A stretch of DNA of 64,000 bases, taken from a virus (taxonomy: Duplodnaviria; Caudoviricetes). Of this stretch, positions 1 to 9,696 are shown piece by piece. A program made the translations under genes and the position numbers. The notes under the pieces are model-generated. The model was not told the DNA's origin. It made no database searches and worked only from the letters and a program-made list of their open reading frames with translations. The first letter of the stretch is position 1. Every line of letters begins with the position of its first letter. Where the stretch lies: the IMG/VR virus record IMGVR_UViG_3300020183_000042, positions 1 through 64,000 of that record. One strand, written 5' to 3'.

Positions 1-279
1 ACCTTCAATGTTTAGATAGTACACTTCTCTAGGGCCTTTTAGGGTTCCTTGATATTGAGATTTTTGAGCAGTAGATGCGAAGTCTAAAGATGTTGTGGTT
101 TTACCGCATTTAGGTTGTCCTGTAAGAACAACGAAACTACCCTCTGGTATTCCTCCATTCAATACAATGTCTAGTGATGGACTTACTGGTATAGTAATGC
201 TCTTTCTGTCTACAACAGCATTTCCATTTAATATGATATTGTCGCCAAAGGTTTTTATTACATCTTCTTTTAGATTCAT
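1..279 (-). CDS. recA: RecA/UvsX-like recombinase, N-terminal part (runs off the window)
   Basis: Manual translation MNLKEDVIKTFGDN...SPSLDIVLNGGIPEGSFVVLTGQPKCGKTTTSLDF...VYYLNIEG shows the RecA-type LD-GG-P-G segment and a Walker A motif. The ATG overlaps the upstream stop (TAATG). Confidence 0.85.
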   Translation of the reverse strand, partial: MNLKEDVIKTFGDNIILNGNAVVDRKSITIPVSPSLDIVLNGGIPEGSFVVLTGQPKCGKTTTSLDFASTAQKSQYQGTLKGPREVYYLNIEG

Positions 280-710
280 TATTCTAGATCCTTAAGTTTG
301 GAAATGATATTCTTTGTTGATTGTGGCTTACTATAATTGATATCTTGTTTTCTTGACAAATCAACAGATAAATTTTGATTTTGTTGACTTAGCTTGATCT
401 GTTCTTGTTCTATGATAGGTACGAGGTGAGGTGCTCGCAGCGAATATATTTTTGTTGCTTTGCTGTTGTTGAGCGCTCTGACTATAGCAATATCGGAATA
501 CTTTTTAAGTAATTTATGAGCTGAAGATATTTGATTTCGATAAAATTTTTCCCATTCTGGAGTAAGCCAAAATCTATAATGTAAATCCTGCTTATTAATA
601 ATAGCCATTTTCTCACAAATCATTTCTGTGATATATTGTGCGGCTGATACTTCTTTACCATTCGAATATTTAGAAGGATATTTTTTCTTCATTATATTGT
701 ATTTTTCCAT
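279..710 (-). CDS. hypothetical phage protein
   Basis: 143-aa ORF coupled to its neighbours. Confidence 0.7.
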   Translation of the reverse strand: MEKYNIMKKKYPSKYSNGKEVSAAQYITEMICEKMAIINKQDLHYRFWLTPEWEKFYRNQISSAHKLLKKYSDIAIVRALNNSKATKIYSLRAPHLVPIIEQEQIKLSQQNQNLSVDLSRKQDINYSKPQSTKNIISKLKDLE

Positions 711-1339
711 ATGTCTTCATAATAACCCCACCCAGGATAATTTTTATAAGCTAGGTTTTGATATGTTTTATAATGGGTAGTAAAATGACGCCCATGATTA
801 ATATGTATACAAGCTTTTGAGGATGTCCATGTTGTTATATTGTCGTCTGGTTCTAGATTGAGCACAACATCTTTGATGGCTGTTTTGATTCTTTGTTCAA
901 AATGATGTACAGCCTCATCAAATATCATTATCATTTGATGTAATGGTTGGTCATTTTGTGCTGACAATTGAAAACCAGTATCACATAAGCCTATATGGTT
1001 AGCGTTGCATAAACATCCAGTATCAAATTCAGGAAATAAAAAATATTCTTCTGGATATATTACATCATGTTCCAAAAAACAAACATACTTATATTGGTTT
1101 GGATCCACACTATACAACAGTTGTAGTATTTGAATAATAATATTTAGATGGTTTTTACTATTTGTTAATGCTTTTTTACTATCAAAAGGATTATTATTAA
1201 TTTTGAACCAAGAGCATGTTTTTATATCTACTAGATGCTTGTTTAAAGAAATATCACGCAAACTATTTAGTGTATATTCTATAATTTTTGGAATAGAATT
1301 ATCAGTGTAATATACTCCTAATTTATTAGTTGTAGACAT
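692..1339 (-). CDS. putative GT-A fold glycosyltransferase
   Basis: YVCFLEHDVIY (DxD-like) motif. Confidence 0.5.
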   Translation of the reverse strand: MSTTNKLGVYYTDNSIPKIIEYTLNSLRDISLNKHLVDIKTCSWFKINNNPFDSKKALTNSKNHLNIIIQILQLLYSVDPNQYKYVCFLEHDVIYPEEYFLFPEFDTGCLCNANHIGLCDTGFQLSAQNDQPLHQMIMIFDEAVHHFEQRIKTAIKDVVLNLEPDDNITTWTSSKACIHINHGRHFTTHYKTYQNLAYKNYPGWGYYEDIWKNTI

Positions 1340-1371
1340 TTTTATTTACAAACCAGCTATCAAAATTAATT

Positions 1372-1674
1372 TTAGCTATTTTTAGGTCTATGTATACAAT
1401 CTTGTGTTCTATTGGTGGTATTCATATTTTTTATCAGTTCATCGTTTTGCATAGATGCTGCTTGTGTCATAATGCTAACATTTTTGCTTTTTTTAGCACT
1501 AGTTTCATTGATCATTAGGTTTTTAGTGGATGATTGTTTGTTTGTGGGATTTTTATCCAAAATTTTAGACACATCAGATTCTTTGAGCTTTAGTTCTTTC
1601 GCTATGGTAGCATTATCCATTTTCATGGTGTCGTGTAAATATTTAACGGCGTATTCTTGGATTTTTGTGCTCAT
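1372..1674 (-). CDS. hypothetical protein with possible N-terminal HTH
   Basis: NATIAKELKLKESDVSKIL resembles an HTH. Confidence 0.55.
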   Translation of the reverse strand: MSTKIQEYAVKYLHDTMKMDNATIAKELKLKESDVSKILDKNPTNKQSSTKNLMINETSAKKSKNVSIMTQAASMQNDELIKNMNTTNRTQDCIHRPKNS

Positions 1675-2078
1675 CAGGACATCTCTCTTTCTGCATTATT
1701 TATCCATGCTATGTTTTTTGTGGTAAGAAAATTAGAATATAGATCGAAGATTTGTTGATTTACCTCTTTGAATTCCCATTCTTTTCTACCAATTTTACTC
1801 ATGAATTTATTGTTATTGCCCTCGCTATATAGCCCTATTGGATTATACAGTTTACCGTGTGCTCCAACTTTCACAAAATATCTTTTAGGATTAGTTCCAT
1901 ACTGGGAGGATTTTGCTACCACTAATTCATTCTCTTTGTTTGCTCTTGGTTTTTTATTTTCGTCTATAAAGTCGTGATCACCTAATATGGTATAAAAACA
2001 CTCTATACGATTAGTGTCCGTAGATGTTGTATTTTGACGATAGATAAATTGATCGGTATCTGTTGTTAATTTGGCCAT
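1674..2078 (-). CDS. hypothetical phage protein
   Basis: 134-aa ORF with overlapping start/stop. Confidence 0.65.
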   Translation of the reverse strand: MAKLTTDTDQFIYRQNTTSTDTNRIECFYTILGDHDFIDENKKPRANKENELVVAKSSQYGTNPKRYFVKVGAHGKLYNPIGLYSEGNNNKFMSKIGRKEWEFKEVNQQIFDLYSNFLTTKNIAWINNAEREMS

Positions 2079-2413
2079 ATGGTTTTTGGTCCTTTCTTTA
2101 TTCTTGACATTCCTTTTGGTAGGGGTTTTTCCGACTGTTTTTCTTTGTAATCATTATGTTTGGAGTATAATGATGTTTTTTGATCATCGCTCATTCTGTC
2201 TCTATTTCTATTAGCTAAATCTCCTATGGTTTTTAATTCACTGTCTGATTTTCTTACCGATGCGGATTGTGTGGCTAAATCAAGCATATAATCTCTGTGT
2301 GTATCCGTATTTTTACAGAATGTGCATTTAGGAGATTGCTCATAGTCTTTGATATAAAAGAATAACTCAAATTGTTTCTGGCAGTGATTACAATGATATG
2401 AATAGGTTGGCAT
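2066..2413 (-). CDS. FmdB-family zinc-ribbon protein
   Basis: MPTYSYHCNHC...CTFC matches the MPxYxYxCxxC...CxxC pattern; start trimmed to MPTY. Confidence 0.75.
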   Translation of the reverse strand: MPTYSYHCNHCQKQFELFFYIKDYEQSPKCTFCKNTDTHRDYMLDLATQSASVRKSDSELKTIGDLANRNRDRMSDDQKTSLYSKHNDYKEKQSEKPLPKGMSRIKKGPKTIWPN

Positions 2414-2415
2414 AT

Positions 2416-3000
2416 CTACACAATATAAGAATCTGGTAAATAGATAGACCATTCTGGTGGTAGGTCTGTTTTTATTTTAGATAGGTGATACGAGATTGGC
2501 AAGTATTTGGGACTCTTATTCGGCTTGAATGGTAGCCCTAATAAGGACATATGCGCCTTTTTAGGGGTTCGGTTTCCCTTTTTACGATTACATGATATGC
2601 AAGATGTTACAATATTGGTCCAACAAGTCGGAGAACCATTATCGTTATTCCATATAGATTTCGGAATCACATGATCATAAGTTAATTCATTATATGTAAA
2701 AACACTAGAACAATATTGACAAGTAAAATTATCTCGTATAAAAATGTTCTTACGAGAGAATGTAACATTTTGTTTGTCTATTTTAAAGTATCGTTTGGTC
2801 CTAGCAACTGCTGGTACCGGATATTTTCTGTTGTTTGTTCCATTTATATGATCATCTTTATAGAAATCAATCACATCAATACCATACCTTGGATTGTGTT
2901 CATATTTCATATACCAAACTATAGCTTTTTGCCAACCAATAATTGATAATGGGCTATAATCAGCATTGAGCAGTAGGCATTTACTGTTTTTTAGTCTCAT
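2416..3000 (-). CDS. HNH endonuclease (McrA-like)
   Basis: LLLNADYSPL, RDNFTCQYC, TYDHVIP, CISCNRKKG. Confidence 0.85.
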   Translation of the reverse strand: MRLKNSKCLLLNADYSPLSIIGWQKAIVWYMKYEHNPRYGIDVIDFYKDDHINGTNNRKYPVPAVARTKRYFKIDKQNVTFSRKNIFIRDNFTCQYCSSVFTYNELTYDHVIPKSIWNNDNGSPTCWTNIVTSCISCNRKKGNRTPKKAHMSLLGLPFKPNKSPKYLPISYHLSKIKTDLPPEWSIYLPDSYIV

Positions 3001-3712
3001 CTTCTAAAAACTCTAATCTTAGTAGAATCTTAGCAATAATTGGATTTCTAACAATATCCCCATATTCTAGTCTGGAAAGTCCTACGCTGTCCACACCATC
3101 GAGGGCTTTAATTAAATCCAAAAATCCGCCACGGAAATTCCTTGGCAAATCAGACTGACTAATATCTCCTGTTAATACCATTTTACTATTGTTTCCTATG
3201 CGTGTCAACAACATTTTTAATTGATCATATGAAGCATTCTGGCACTCATCTGCTACTATAAAGCTATTGTGAAAGTTTCGTCCTCTCATTAATCCCAGGG
3301 GGACTATCTCAATTTTATTATTTAATTTTAATGCTGTATAGTGACTGATAGGAATAAAATGTAATATTTCGTCTAAGATTGGTAATAAGTATGGATGTAA
3401 CTTTTCCTCTGCTGTGCCGGGAAGGTATCCTATCTTCTCTCCGCTTTCTACTACTGGTCTTGTTATAATTATCTTTTTTACTTTGTCGTCTAGTAAATAT
3501 TCCAAAGCCATACCAATAGCAATGTGTGTTTTGCCGCTACCAGCCACACCTTGACAAAATGTAATAGTATTTTCTGCTACTGTTCTTATATAGTCTTTTT
3601 GGTTCTCTGATCGTGGTTTTAATCTATTTCGATATAGTGGACCAATTGATTCTATATCGTTGGTAGCATCTATAACTTTAGATTTTCTCTTATCTTTACT
3701 ATTCTTTCTCAA
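2981..3712 (-). CDS. phoH: PhoH-family ATPase
   Basis: GVAGSGKT, ITRPVVE, GYLPG, MRGR, DECQN, GDISQSD, IVRN. Confidence 0.95.
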   Translation of the reverse strand: MRKNSKDKRKSKVIDATNDIESIGPLYRNRLKPRSENQKDYIRTVAENTITFCQGVAGSGKTHIAIGMALEYLLDDKVKKIIITRPVVESGEKIGYLPGTAEEKLHPYLLPILDEILHFIPISHYTALKLNNKIEIVPLGLMRGRNFHNSFIVADECQNASYDQLKMLLTRIGNNSKMVLTGDISQSDLPRNFRGGFLDLIKALDGVDSVGLSRLEYGDIVRNPIIAKILLRLEFLEDETKKQ

Positions 3713-3736
3713 TGGGATACCTCGCTGAGAGTAGGA

Positions 3737-5929
3737 TTAAATTAAGCAAGCGCCGCCGGCACAACTAATCTCTTCTATTCCAGCAGTATTATCCTCTGTT
3801 TCTAATAGTTGTGTATAATCGACTTTTTTATAACTATCATACAAATCGCAGTAGATTTTCCAGTTATAAACATCTTTCATACAATAGGTTAATCTTCTTA
3901 CATCTCCATCGAAATATTTACCAGCAAAATTCTTCATCTTTGTGGTGAATAATAGCTTTTCCTTAGTGTCGTTTTCTTTAGCTTGATTCATATTCACATA
4001 ATCACAAGCGGCCCACAAATTATTATCAAAAGCATTAAGTCCAAGTTCTATTAATCCAGAGCACCACAACGCAGCATCCCCGTATTCTTTTACTATTTCT
4101 CTGCTTGTGTAAACAGTGGTAAATGGTGCTTGGGGATAATCTTTGTCTCCGCTCTGTGGAATTAAACTAATACCAGCAAAGTATTTACGATTATCATAAA
4201 TGTATTTTATTACTTTTTCCCACTCATCTGGTTTGACTGTGACAGTATTACTAACATTATGACTAAGATAATCTTGAGTACATAATGATTTATTCTTACC
4301 AGAGTGTACCCAATTCTTTTGAGTATCCTTTACGATAGACAGCATATCCACAGCGGGAAGTTGATTCTTGGTTTTGGCTCCGTCGGGAACCTCAATTGGA
4401 AATTTAACTACCTCATCAGTATTATTTGCTGACCAGCGAGATTTTTCACACGCTTGTGGGTTATAATTCTTAAAGTGCTGGTATGGTGCTTCTAAAACAT
4501 TAGCCTGCACATGGCGTATATAGCGTTTAGCGTGATGAGGATGGATGCCAGAACTAGTCCCGAGCATACTGCTGCTTGTGCCCTCTGGTTTTAAACACGT
4601 TACTCTAGCGGCTTGATTAATACCGAGTTTTTTAGCAAATTCTTTATTGGTTTCTATGGTCATTTTAGCACCAGCCTTTAGAACCTTTTCTGATAAAACT
4701 AGATCATATTTTTCCATAGTACCAGTTAACGAAACACCCAATAAAGATTCTCTTTCAAAGATGCGGCAACTAATATCTCCTAGATAATCTAACTTTGTAA
4801 AGCCTGCTTGTAGTGTTCCTATAATCGCAGCAGCTTTACATCTTTCATAAAAATCAGATTCATCCTCTATAGATGAACAATTAATAGTAGATAGATTACA
4901 CCCTTGCCATCCACTCTTACCGCTCTCCTCATCAACAGGCCACATACCCACTTCCACACACGGATTAAAGGTCATCTCTGTAGAATCACTCCAAATAAAT
5001 CCAGGTTCACCAAATTCTTTAACACTTTCCATTAAGGTTTGAAATTCTTCGTATGTGGTAGAATCTTTTAATAAAAGAGCAGAGTTGTTGCTTCGTGCTC
5101 TTTGGGGATTTTCAAGATACCAGTTTCCAGTTTTAGCTTTGGCCATTTCTTCATCATCATGACTAAACAATGCTAAACTAGCGGATCGTCTAACACCACC
5201 ACTTAATACAGCATCACTACTGTGCATCACTATATCATAAGCATCAATTGGTCGTAGTTTCTTTTGACCATTGGATACACAACGATCTAACAATACTCGT
5301 ATTTTTTCTAATCCTTTAGCAAGAGGTTCGAATCCTGGGGCTTTTCCAACACCAGAACTAAGATTTGATCCTTGTGGACGAATATTGTTATAATCAAATA
5401 GTATATGACAATTCTTATATTGTTTAAATTCTTCTACTGGTTTACTAAAATAACTACTTAATAATACTCCTAGAGCATCTGCCCATCCTTCTATGCTATC
5501 TTCTATAACATAAACAGTGCCTTTGTCCTCTGGAGGATTGTGTTCCAGAGTTGGTAATTTGGAAACGTGGTGTTTTTGCACACTAAATCCTGTGCCGCTA
5601 CCACATAATAATAACCAAAAGCATTCTTGAAAAAATCGTAATCTATCACAATAGGAACTTGTGCAATTGTAGATTTTGGCGTGACGTTTTAGAATTGGTT
5701 CGCCACCAAATTGCAATCCTCTTTGTGAGCCAAGAACTTTTTTCTTATACATCATATCATATGCCCAATCAATATCTGTTGATATTCCTTTGTCAGCATA
5801 CATAGCGAGCATCATATTTCGCATACGATCCACAGCTTCTTTCCAGGTTTCTCTGCGATTTTTATCTTCTAACCAACGAGCATATTTACTAACGAATGTA
5901 TAATTTTGAAGTTCTTGAAGTGCTGACAT
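3737..5929 (-). CDS. nrdJ: class II (adenosylcobalamin-dependent) ribonucleoside-triphosphate reductase
   Basis: YNC, GGVRRSA, NPCVE (thiyl Cys), KPEGTSS and the C-terminal redox pair CAGGAC; no beta-subunit gene nearby. Confidence 0.88.
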   Translation of the reverse strand: MSALQELQNYTFVSKYARWLEDKNRRETWKEAVDRMRNMMLAMYADKGISTDIDWAYDMMYKKKVLGSQRGLQFGGEPILKRHAKIYNCTSSYCDRLRFFQECFWLLLCGSGTGFSVQKHHVSKLPTLEHNPPEDKGTVYVIEDSIEGWADALGVLLSSYFSKPVEEFKQYKNCHILFDYNNIRPQGSNLSSGVGKAPGFEPLAKGLEKIRVLLDRCVSNGQKKLRPIDAYDIVMHSSDAVLSGGVRRSASLALFSHDDEEMAKAKTGNWYLENPQRARSNNSALLLKDSTTYEEFQTLMESVKEFGEPGFIWSDSTEMTFNPCVEVGMWPVDEESGKSGWQGCNLSTINCSSIEDESDFYERCKAAAIIGTLQAGFTKLDYLGDISCRIFERESLLGVSLTGTMEKYDLVLSEKVLKAGAKMTIETNKEFAKKLGINQAARVTCLKPEGTSSSMLGTSSGIHPHHAKRYIRHVQANVLEAPYQHFKNYNPQACEKSRWSANNTDEVVKFPIEVPDGAKTKNQLPAVDMLSIVKDTQKNWVHSGKNKSLCTQDYLSHNVSNTVTVKPDEWEKVIKYIYDNRKYFAGISLIPQSGDKDYPQAPFTTVYTSREIVKEYGDAALWCSGLIELGLNAFDNNLWAACDYVNMNQAKENDTKEKLLFTTKMKNFAGKYFDGDVRRLTYCMKDVYNWKIYCDLYDSYKKVDYTQLLETEDNTAGIEEISCAGGACLI

Positions 5930-5930
5930 C

Positions 5931-6071
5931 TTATCTCCTATTGAGCATTATTAACGAAAATACCCCTAACACTACAACACTTTCAAATGATTGTTGTTGC
6001 ATATGGGGATTCTGAGTTATAAGACTATAAACATAAATACCTAATGAAATATAAAACGATATTAATATCAT
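5931..6071 (-). CDS. small membrane protein (46 aa, not in ORF track)
   Basis: MILISFYISLGIYVYSLITQ...VVVLGVFSLIMLNRR; ATGA overlap with the upstream stop; fills the gap exactly. Confidence 0.55.
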   Translation of the reverse strand: MILISFYISLGIYVYSLITQNPHMQQQSFESVVVLGVFSLIMLNRR

Positions 6072-6538
6072 AATACACCGCACAGTTGTTTCAGCCACGA
6101 AAGATTTGGTTCAACATATTCTATTTCTATACCACTCATACTAACAAAAGTATCAAATATTTTTTGAGCTTTTTCATCAAAAAGGTGTGTACCGTGATTG
6201 TTTGTCATAACTACTTTTCTAACTCCTTCTTGCCATAGAGCCATAATGCAATCGTTACACGATTGACCAGTAACATATGCTATTCCATTTTCTGGTCGTA
6301 TAGTACAATTAGATAGAGCATTACGTTCAGCGTGAATCATCCACGGATATTTGTCTGGTCTACTGTTTGGTAATAGAGTATCATCCAGGCCGCGAGGAAA
6401 TCCGTTGTATCCTAGTCCTAAAATCCTATTGTTAGAATCTGTTATTACACAACCATGTTGTGTTTGAACATCATGACTACGTTGAGAAATAACTTTAGCC
6501 AATCCTAAAAAATAATCTGTCCAGATGGGTCTGCTCAT
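6068..6538 (-). CDS. dCMP deaminase
   Basis: GYNGFPRG, IHAERNA, SCNDC zinc motifs. Confidence 0.9.
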   Translation of the reverse strand: MSRPIWTDYFLGLAKVISQRSHDVQTQHGCVITDSNNRILGLGYNGFPRGLDDTLLPNSRPDKYPWMIHAERNALSNCTIRPENGIAYVTGQSCNDCIMALWQEGVRKVVMTNNHGTHLFDEKAQKIFDTFVSMSGIEIEYVEPNLSWLKQLCGVL

Positions 6539-6544
6539 AGGAGT

Positions 6545-6572
6545 ATTATATCAGACCGTCCGTGTATGTCAA
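6545..6572 (-). promoter_or_regulatory. sigma70-type promoter TTGACA-N16-TATAAT, probably leaderless
   Basis: Perfect hexamers; the ATG follows 6 nt after the -10 box. Confidence 0.8.
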
Positions 6573-6573
6573 C

Positions 6574-6822
6574 TCACTTTGTTGTAAGTTTATTATATAG
6601 CACAAGACTTATAACGCCACCAGCAACGCCCATGATTAGTCCTGCTGGACTCAAACTGTTGTATTGGCCCAGCACATACAATATGGCGCCACCCATATAA
6701 GATCCTGCCACTCCTAATGCTACTGTTTTAACAAAACCAAAATTCTCTTCGCCAGGAACCAGAGTTTTGGCCACGCTACCAACGAATAAACCATAAACAC
6801 ACCAGACTAGTAAATTAAACAT
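6574..6822 (-). CDS. GlsB/YeaQ/YmgE (transglycosylase-associated) membrane protein
   Basis: GLFVGSVAKTLVPG...LGVAGSYMGG...GVAGG; three TM segments. Confidence 0.8.
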   Translation of the reverse strand: MFNLLVWCVYGLFVGSVAKTLVPGEENFGFVKTVALGVAGSYMGGAILYVLGQYNSLSPAGLIMGVAGGVISLVLYNKLTTK

Positions 6823-7204
6823 TTGATGTCTCCACTAAGGCTACTATTTCATCATCCTTGAGGTTTTCTCCATTATCGAACAATGCGCTCATTAATCTCG
6901 TACTATATTTATAATATTGTTCTTTTGACATATTTTCTCTTAGTATTCTTTTGATTCTTAATTTTGTAAACCAGCCCTTTCTAATAGAGTAGTTTTTGAT
7001 TTCTTTTCCGTACAAAGAATATTTGTCTTGTACTGTGCAATCTGACGATAGTTTATTTTTGTTGCATTCTTGTAATACTCTAATAAGGGTCAGTATAATA
7101 CTAATAACCATAAGAATAGCGATTACGCTTCCAAATCGTTCTTCTTCTGGAATATTAGCCTGTTTCATTACTCTTTCACCGATAATTTTTACTTTAGGAT
7201 TCAT
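6815..7204 (-). CDS. hypothetical membrane protein
   Basis: Single hydrophobic segment VIAILMVISIILTLI. Confidence 0.65.
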   Translation of the reverse strand: MNPKVKIIGERVMKQANIPEEERFGSVIAILMVISIILTLIRVLQECNKNKLSSDCTVQDKYSLYGKEIKNYSIRKGWFTKLRIKRILRENMSKEQYYKYSTRLMSALFDNGENLKDDEIVALVETSNV

Positions 7205-7512
7205 TTTTTTATTACCCTTGTTTTACAGTCTGGTTTGATAATTACTGGGGGGTGTGTGATTTCAGACGGAGCGTCACCGCTTTCTGGTTCACAATAACCA
7301 CACTCTACCCTTTTTATACCATCGCCACTAATATACCAACCCTTACCCTTACAAACAGGACATTCTTTTCTTTTATATTTCTTTACGTTTTCTGTTTGAT
7401 GAGACTTGATAATGCTGCCGACTACTGTAACAACACCTGTGGACGATCCGTTGTATCCATAGGCTCCGAATATGATGGATGTTAGCAGAAAGAAGGCGAC
7501 AACCTTATTCAT
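7201..7512 (-). CDS. exported protein with DnaJ-like zinc finger
   Basis: Signal-peptide-like MNKVVAFFLL; CPVCKGKG...CGYC. Confidence 0.6.
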   Translation of the reverse strand: MNKVVAFFLLTSIIFGAYGYNGSSTGVVTVVGSIIKSHQTENVKKYKRKECPVCKGKGWYISGDGIKRVECGYCEPESGDAPSEITHPPVIIKPDCKTRVIKK

Positions 7513-7651
7513 TTCTCTTTCTCCATCGTGGTCTTGGTTTGGGAGTATTATCACCCTTTGGACTTGGACTCCACAATTTAATAATCTTGTATAGAAAACC
7601 CAAGAACATTTGAATAGCGCGACCTAATGATATTCTATCAATGAGTTTCAT
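7505..7651 (-). CDS. small amphipathic/basic protein (48 aa, not in ORF track)
   Basis: MKLIDRISLGRAIQMFLGFLYKIIKLW...PRPRWRKRNE; ATGA overlap with the protease stop. Confidence 0.55.
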   Translation of the reverse strand: MKLIDRISLGRAIQMFLGFLYKIIKLWSPSPKGDNTPKPRPRWRKRNE

Positions 7652-9696
7652 AAGTATTTCTCGAAATCATAGGATGGAAGTTTTTGAACAGGAAAACCAT
7701 CAAAATTACTAAAAGCATAACTACCATTTTGAGCCAACATTTGACCAGCAACATCGGATCGAATTAAAAATGAGCCGTCTGGAATTGGACCCCATTCTGG
7801 ATGACCACCATCATTCCATTTACCCCAACTATTTTGCACAAGGAAAAGAGGCTCGTTTCCAGTATCATCACACGCTATCCAAGCCATACAATGAGCCCAA
7901 CTACCACTAACATTAGTTACACCGTTCTTATCTCGTTTATTACTAAAGCCAAAACTAGAGCATACGGATAGTCCATAACCATTAGCAAGAGCATCTCGCG
8001 CTTCTTCTACTGTGCGTACCAAACTTACTGTTTTTATTTGATGATCATTAGCCAGGTCTATTACTTTGTCTGGTAATCCTCGACCACCCCAGTTTGTGCC
8101 AATAGTGCTATTATATTTGGTAAAGTCTGCTATTCCCTTGTAGTCTTTACGAACCAGAATACCACCGTTTTTGCTCACAAATTCAGCCGCTCTGGCACAA
8201 CTCATTCCCTGACCACTATGACCTCTAGCACCATAAATAGCTTCTGTGGCACCGCGAGCTATCCAACCCTCTTTTTGTTTATGAATATCAATCTCTACTG
8301 ATCGACTAACATCACACGCATTTCGTGTTCCGTGTGAAACACAATTATGTGAAATTAATCCATTAGCTATAAAAGAATGGTCATGTTCTACATTAATACA
8401 ATAAACATTATCGGTATAGACTTCATTTGTAATTGTGGTAATTGGTGCTAGAAGTCCAAGGCTACAGGTTAACTTATTTTGTTTTACGTGTACTTTGGTC
8501 ATCACAGACAATTCTGGATATATTTTATATACTTGATCACCATATAAATCTATTTGATAAGCCTCTTTACTTCTGTTTCTTGGTTTTCTTTTGCTAATTG
8601 TGTGTTGAATTTGTAAAGAAATTAATATATCAGACATATCTTTTATTAAGACTTTAGAGACTGATACTCCGACAAGTTTGCGTCTTTTGTGGGTTGTAAC
8701 GCTGCCATCACCATCAGACCATCCTCTGAGGAAAGCTATTCTGTGATATCTAGAAGAATTTATTATTTCTCTATTTAAACCTTTTGACCATTGATTACCA
8801 TTTACAAAATAAGAAAATAATCTAGAAACAATAATATTTGAACATCTTACACAACATACATTTTTATCCACTCGATTCATTACCGTGCATTTTGCACCAA
8901 AAATATTGTTTAATAAATATACAATACGATCTCTGAGTTGTGTCTCTTTTATATGTAGATTAAATGTGATTCTTTCTTTATTATTGCCATCTATACCACC
9001 TTCAGCAGCATATAAACCTAAGAGCCACATTAAATCTGTAGATAGTCTAATAAATCTTGGTAAAGTATTTTTGCTACCTTTTATTCTGATATTTGTATCT
9101 GTTGTGTCGTGTTGTAAATTTGAAACATAAGTTAATAAATCTAAAATACGATCATCACTATTTAATGTTTCTTTTTTGGGTAAAACTAACAAATCTCCTT
9201 CTTTAAGATTTTTAGCTTCTATCCATTCATAACCACTATCATTAAAAACCAACATTTTGTGGTCATTAGTTATAGACAAGTTTTTGTCATATTTTTTAAT
9301 ATAGATATGATTGATTTGTCCCTCTGATGGTTTTTTGTTGATCAATTCATAAACCCTTTTAGATTTATTAGTATGGGTTATTACACTATCTCCAATTTTT
9401 ATATCTTCAATATTTTTGATTGAACCATCAGACATTAAGATTGTTGTGCCTTTAACTAAGCAATCTCCTGTTGTTTGTCTTTCGTTATAGGGACTCTTAT
9501 CAAACTTTAACACACTTTTGTATGGAGTACTTAGTTTGCCCTTACCACTATTCTTAATGTTTCTTGCTCCATCAGAGAAATAACTATATTTGGATTCTTC
9601 CATTAGATGATCAAATACATGCTGTTCCCAAAGACATCCACTAAAACCCTTCCTATAGTTGTTATATAAATCTGCTGAACTAAATCGTGGCATCAT
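7648..9696 (-). CDS. papain-like (C1) cysteine peptidase containing an intein
   Basis: After splicing: QTTGD|CVSH (oxyanion Gln and catalytic Cys), WAHCM (His), VQNSWG (Asn); about 309 aa. Confidence 0.85.
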   Translation of the reverse strand: MMPRFSSADLYNNYRKGFSGCLWEQHVFDHLMEESKYSYFSDGARNIKNSGKGKLSTPYKSVLKFDKSPYNERQTTGDCLVKGTTILMSDGSIKNIEDIKIGDSVITHTNKSKRVYELINKKPSEGQINHIYIKKYDKNLSITNDHKMLVFNDSGYEWIEAKNLKEGDLLVLPKKETLNSDDRILDLLTYVSNLQHDTTDTNIRIKGSKNTLPRFIRLSTDLMWLLGLYAAEGGIDGNNKERITFNLHIKETQLRDRIVYLLNNIFGAKCTVMNRVDKNVCCVRCSNIIVSRLFSYFVNGNQWSKGLNREIINSSRYHRIAFLRGWSDGDGSVTTHKRRKLVGVSVSKVLIKDMSDILISLQIQHTISKRKPRNRSKEAYQIDLYGDQVYKIYPELSVMTKVHVKQNKLTCSLGLLAPITTITNEVYTDNVYCINVEHDHSFIANGLISHNCVSHGTRNACDVSRSVEIDIHKQKEGWIARGATEAIYGARGHSGQGMSCARAAEFVSKNGGILVRKDYKGIADFTKYNSTIGTNWGGRGLPDKVIDLANDHQIKTVSLVRTVEEARDALANGYGLSVCSSFGFSNKRDKNGVTNVSGSWAHCMAWIACDDTGNEPLFLVQNSWGKWNDGGHPEWGPIPDGSFLIRSDVAGQMLAQNGSYAFSNFDGFPVQKLPSYDFEKYL
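8344..9462 (-). mobile_element. intein with LAGLIDADG homing endonuclease (373 aa)
   Basis: Starts CLVKGTTILMSDG; block B ITNDHK; LLGLYAAEG and FLRGWSDGDG motifs; ends HSFIANGLISHN followed by C+1. Confidence 0.93.

Noticed and set aside
3737-5929. Intron or intein in the RNR
   Set aside because: The ORF is continuous, of normal size, and has no splicing motifs
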